DNA of 35,963 bases from Candidatus Dojkabacteria bacterium UBA5209 (GTDB lineage: Bacteria; Patescibacteriota; Dojkabacteria; SC72), in assembly GCA_002412645.1 (NCBI GenBank), contig DHVL01000020.1, forward strand, positions 1 to 35,963, written 5' to 3'. The notes under the pieces are model-generated. The model was not told where the DNA came from. It did not search any database and saw nothing but the letters and a program-made list of their open reading frames with translations. A program made the position numbers and the translations under genes. Shown here in pieces: positions 32,727-35,963 of the stretch. How positions within the stretch are numbered: the stretch's first letter is position 1; every line of letters starts with the position of its first letter.

Positions 32727-33852
32727 ATACCTTTTTAATATATTCTTCCAAGTTATCTAAGAATTTCTCTTCAGTAAATTCCATAGCCCTTTTAGAAATC
32801 TCTCTAGGATTATACCCTCTATTACTAAATTTCTTAAGTAGTTTAACCAATTCTTTCTCATTTTTAAAAAATTCACCACATACTCCCCTCTTAACAGTCT
32901 CTAAAACACCACCCTGCTCATATGCAAAAACAGGTGTACCCTGTGCCATAGCCTCTACAGGAACTAAACCAAAATCCTCTACACCACAGAAAAGTAAAAC
33001 ATCAGCCATATTGTAAAACACTCTAACATCGCTATCATCATTAACAAAACCTAAAAACTTTACCAAAGCATTACCATTAGCAACCATCTTTAAATATCTC
33101 ATATCAGGACCCTCACCAATGATTACTAACTGCTTACCGCTGTGTATACATGAACGTATTGCCCAATCTACTCTCTTGTAATCATAAAGACGGGATACAA
33201 CCAATACAAAGTCCCCCTCTATACCATACTTCTGCCTAACCTCTCTCTTTCTTTCTTCAGAGATATTCTCAAAGCTCTCTTTTGAAATACCCGGATATAT
33301 TACAGTAGCATCTACTCCATATCTCTTTTTAATCTTTTTAGCAATATATTTAGAATTAGCCGTCCAGTAATCTACACGTTTAGAAATACTTAAATCCCAT
33401 ATACGCATATATGTATTTAGAAATACAGAAATTGGTTTGTACAATCTCTTAAATCTAGAACCTCTTACATTAAGCTCATTGTCCCAAAGACTTCGAGGAG
33501 GAGTCATTACCATTGCAATATGGGGTTGATATATACCAGTAATTACACCCCTTGCTGGACCAGCGGAGATACTAATTACAAGATCATACTTTCTTAAATC
33601 AAAACTCTCATATGCAAATGGGGTAAGAACTTTAAGATGTCTGTAGAAACTTTTTGGTTTAGGAATCCTTTGTACAAAGCTAGTATATACCCTGTTTTTT
33701 AAATTAGGATATTTCCCTTTATCAAAAGCAACAGTAAAAATATCAGCATTAGGAAAAAGCTTTAACATTGAAAACATCTCCCTATCAGCACCACCAAAGG
33801 AAGTCATCTGATCAGCAATAAAAGCAACTCGTTTGAAGTATTTACTCTGCAT
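32704..33852 (-). CDS. Glycosyltransferase family 4 (GT-B)
   Basis: Carries VEDFGLVPVEAMAQGTPVFAYEQGGVLETV. It overlaps the downstream gene by 23 nt. Its start is coupled to the upstream stop in a TAATG. Confidence 0.85.
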   Translation of the reverse strand: MQSKYFKRVAFIADQMTSFGGADREMFSMLKLFPNADIFTVAFDKGKYPNLKNRVYTSFVQRIPKPKSFYRHLKVLTPFAYESFDLRKYDLVISISAGPARGVITGIYQPHIAMVMTPPRSLWDNELNVRGSRFKRLYKPISVFLNTYMRIWDLSISKRVDYWTANSKYIAKKIKKRYGVDATVIYPGISKESFENISEERKREVRQKYGIEGDFVLVVSRLYDYKRVDWAIRSCIHSGKQLVIIGEGPDMRYLKMVANGNALVKFLGFVNDDSDVRVFYNMADVLLFCGVEDFGLVPVEAMAQGTPVFAYEQGGVLETVKRGVCGEFFKNEKELVKLLKKFSNRGYNPREISKRAMEFTEEKFLDNLEEYIKKVYDTERYK

Positions 33853-34343
33853 TAAAGCTCTGGAAGACCCTCTTCCCCTAAGTCATCTGCTAGTGGGAAG
33901 TCGTCATCCTCTTCCTTATCTAATTCTGCAACAATATCGTCTAAATCTGTTAGACCCTCTTGGGCAGAAGAGGAAACTTTCTCGTCATCATCATCAGGAA
34001 ATATATCTCCCAATGTATCAACACCATCATCAACAACAGCACCATCATCTAAAGAATCTTCATCAGAAAGAACAATTACATTTGGCTGCTCATCTTCATC
34101 CACACTAACCAAATCATCTTTCTTAAGAGCACCATTCTCTATCCTCTCTTTAATCTTTTTAAGAAATACATCTGCATCATCACCAAACTTCTCAACTACA
34201 TCTATTACTCTCATTGGTTTCGAACAATCAGGACAGAGTTGGATATGTTCAGTTTCTTCACCACAATCAGGACAGGAGAAAAAAACAACATGTACACTTT
34301 GCCTCTGGGTAACTACCTTCTTTGTATTTTCATGATTCAACAT
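33852..34343 (-). CDS. Zinc-ribbon protein with long polyacidic C-terminal tail
   Basis: Has CPDCGEETEHIQLCPDCSKPM (CxxC-x11-CxxC). The following ~80 aa are very rich in Asp/Glu (DEDEQ..., DDGAVVDDGVD..., DDDDEK..., KEEDDD...). Function is unknown. Confidence 0.55.
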   Translation of the reverse strand: MLNHENTKKVVTQRQSVHVVFFSCPDCGEETEHIQLCPDCSKPMRVIDVVEKFGDDADVFLKKIKERIENGALKKDDLVSVDEDEQPNVIVLSDEDSLDDGAVVDDGVDTLGDIFPDDDDEKVSSSAQEGLTDLDDIVAELDKEEDDDFPLADDLGEEGLPEL

Positions 34344-34421
34344 AATTATTAACCGATAACTGATTACGTAATCTAGGATATTACAATTAAGAGAGATAGG
34401 TCAATAAACCCATAATAATAG

Positions 34422-35963
34422 CTATTCAAACTTAGGATAACAGCACTTCTTGTACTTCTTACCACTACCACATGGACATGGATCATTACGCCCTACCTTA
34501 GCACCTTTCTTAACAGTTTGTTGCTTACTAACATTCCCCGGCCTATTGTCAGTAAGACTCTGTATCTGATCCTTTTGAGTTTGTATTGGAGCTTGCAAAG
34601 GACTCTGATTTCTTACAACTCTTACTTTAAAGAATCTAGTTACTGTATTTTCATCAATACTTCTAAGCATACTATCAAACAACCTGAACCCCTCATTCTT
34701 GTATTCTACCAGTGGATCTCTTTGGGCAAGATTACGCAAAGAAATACCCTCTCTTAAATCCTGCATATTATCCAAATGCTCCATCCAATACCTATCAATC
34801 CCCTGAAGTATGAGAACCTTAGAAAGCTCTCTCATTGGTTCTACACCAATTGTATATATATGTTGTATATATGATACAAAGATTAATCTTTTTAATTCCC
34901 TACTAATATCAACAACACCCTTACCCTCTAAGTCCCTAAAAAACTCCACACTATTTTTAAAACCTAAATCCTTTACTCCCTGTTCAAAGATATCTTCCGT
35001 AAGTAAGTTCTTAACCTGAATATACAGATTTCTCTCCTCCACATTATCTATCTCCATATCATCTTCCAATTGAGACCCAACAAGCATATCAATATGTTCA
35101 AGTAGTTTCTTTAATATTGATATATCTAAAGGACTTAGCTTAAATTTAAGACCATCTAATAAATCAATACCCCAAGAATCTCTCTTTGTCACTGCAAAAC
35201 CATCTAACATATCCTGAAGGCTTTCAATATCCAAATCCTTTACATACTTAATATCATCCTTTAAAGAAATATCTTTAGCATCTACCCTCTCACTAGCAAT
35301 CTCTAAAACCTTAGCTCTAAGGTCATATATGATGTTTCTCTGTTTGTTTAATACATCATCATACTCAACCAATCTCTTACGAATATCATAGTTGTGAGAC
35401 TCTACTTTCTTTTGTGCATTCTCTATAGTCTTACCTAATATACCCATTGATATTGGCATATCATCATCTAGTCCAGCTTGAGACATAATCATTTGCATCC
35501 TCTCTCCACCAAACAATCTCATTAGTTCATCTTCGAAAGATACAAAGAACCTGCTCTCCCCAGGATCTCCCTGTCTACCTGCTCTACCTCTCAGCTGGTT
35601 ATCTATTCTTCTAGACTCATGCCTTTCAGAACCAATGATATACAACCCTCCTAACTCCTTAACACCATCTTCTAGTGCAATGTCTGTACCTCTACCAGCC
35701 ATGTTAGTAGCAATGGTGACTGCACCTTTCTTACCCGCATCTGAAACGATTTTAGCCTCTCTCTCGTGATGTTTAGCATTTAAGACCTCATGAGCGATAC
35801 CCTCCTTGGAAAGCATCATAGAGAGGACCTCAGACTTCTCAACAGATGTAGTACCAACTAATACTGGCTGACCCTTAGCATTGTGCTCTTTAATATCTTC
35901 TACAATAGCTTGGAACTTACCCATCATTGTTCTGTAAACTACATCATTGTAATCCTTTCTTAC
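34422..35963 (-). CDS. secA: Preprotein translocase ATPase SecA, C-terminal part (5' end lies beyond the window)
   Basis: The reading frame is open to the window edge (VRKDYNDVVYRTMMGKF...). It has GQPVLVGTTSVEKSE, TIATNMAGRGTDI, GLYIIGSERHESRRIDNQLRGRAGRQGDPG and the C-terminal zinc motif CPCGSGKKYKKCC. Confidence 0.93.
   Translation of the reverse strand, partial: VRKDYNDVVYRTMMGKFQAIVEDIKEHNAKGQPVLVGTTSVEKSEVLSMMLSKEGIAHEVLNAKHHEREAKIVSDAGKKGAVTIATNMAGRGTDIALEDGVKELGGLYIIGSERHESRRIDNQLRGRAGRQGDPGESRFFVSFEDELMRLFGGERMQMIMSQAGLDDDMPISMGILGKTIENAQKKVESHNYDIRKRLVEYDDVLNKQRNIIYDLRAKVLEIASERVDAKDISLKDDIKYVKDLDIESLQDMLDGFAVTKRDSWGIDLLDGLKFKLSPLDISILKKLLEHIDMLVGSQLEDDMEIDNVEERNLYIQVKNLLTEDIFEQGVKDLGFKNSVEFFRDLEGKGVVDISRELKRLIFVSYIQHIYTIGVEPMRELSKVLILQGIDRYWMEHLDNMQDLREGISLRNLAQRDPLVEYKNEGFRLFDSMLRSIDENTVTRFFKVRVVRNQSPLQAPIQTQKDQIQSLTDNRPGNVSKQQTVKKGAKVGRNDPCPCGSGKKYKKCCYPKFE

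Overview
The window is AT-rich, tightly packed and reads in the standard genetic code. I call about 31 CDS, one tRNA-Lys(CUU), no rRNA and no CRISPR. Short overlaps between genes are common. Housekeeping genes include a partial secA, recO, trpS, ndk, a family-4 uracil-DNA glycosylase, a DEAD-box helicase and a bacterial Elp3-type radical-SAM/GNAT enzyme. They are interleaved with many secreted or membrane-anchored surface proteins. The gene content, small-genome style and lack of respiratory genes suggest a reduced Patescibacteria/CPR-like bacterium, but that is inference only. The items most worth a second look are listed here. (1) A four-gene surface cluster at 70..3910 pairs two CscA-like (DUF916/DUF3324-style) tail-anchored proteins with two beta-rich secreted proteins. 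(2) A 2252-aa adhesin-like giant protein has a Cys-rich head, five nearly identical ~117-aa tandem repeats and about nine FN3 domains. (3) A ~300-aa C-terminal membrane module is shared between that giant and a 692-aa surface protein 11 kb away. (4) A GC-rich, repeat-flanked, apparently structured ~240-bp element lies in the ndk/flavoprotein intergenic region. (5) A small tRNA-Lys-proximal segment is bracketed by degenerate tRNA-3'-end-like direct repeats and carries an orphan NADAR gene plus two small Cys-rich proteins. All functional calls rest on motifs read by eye, and no database search was run.
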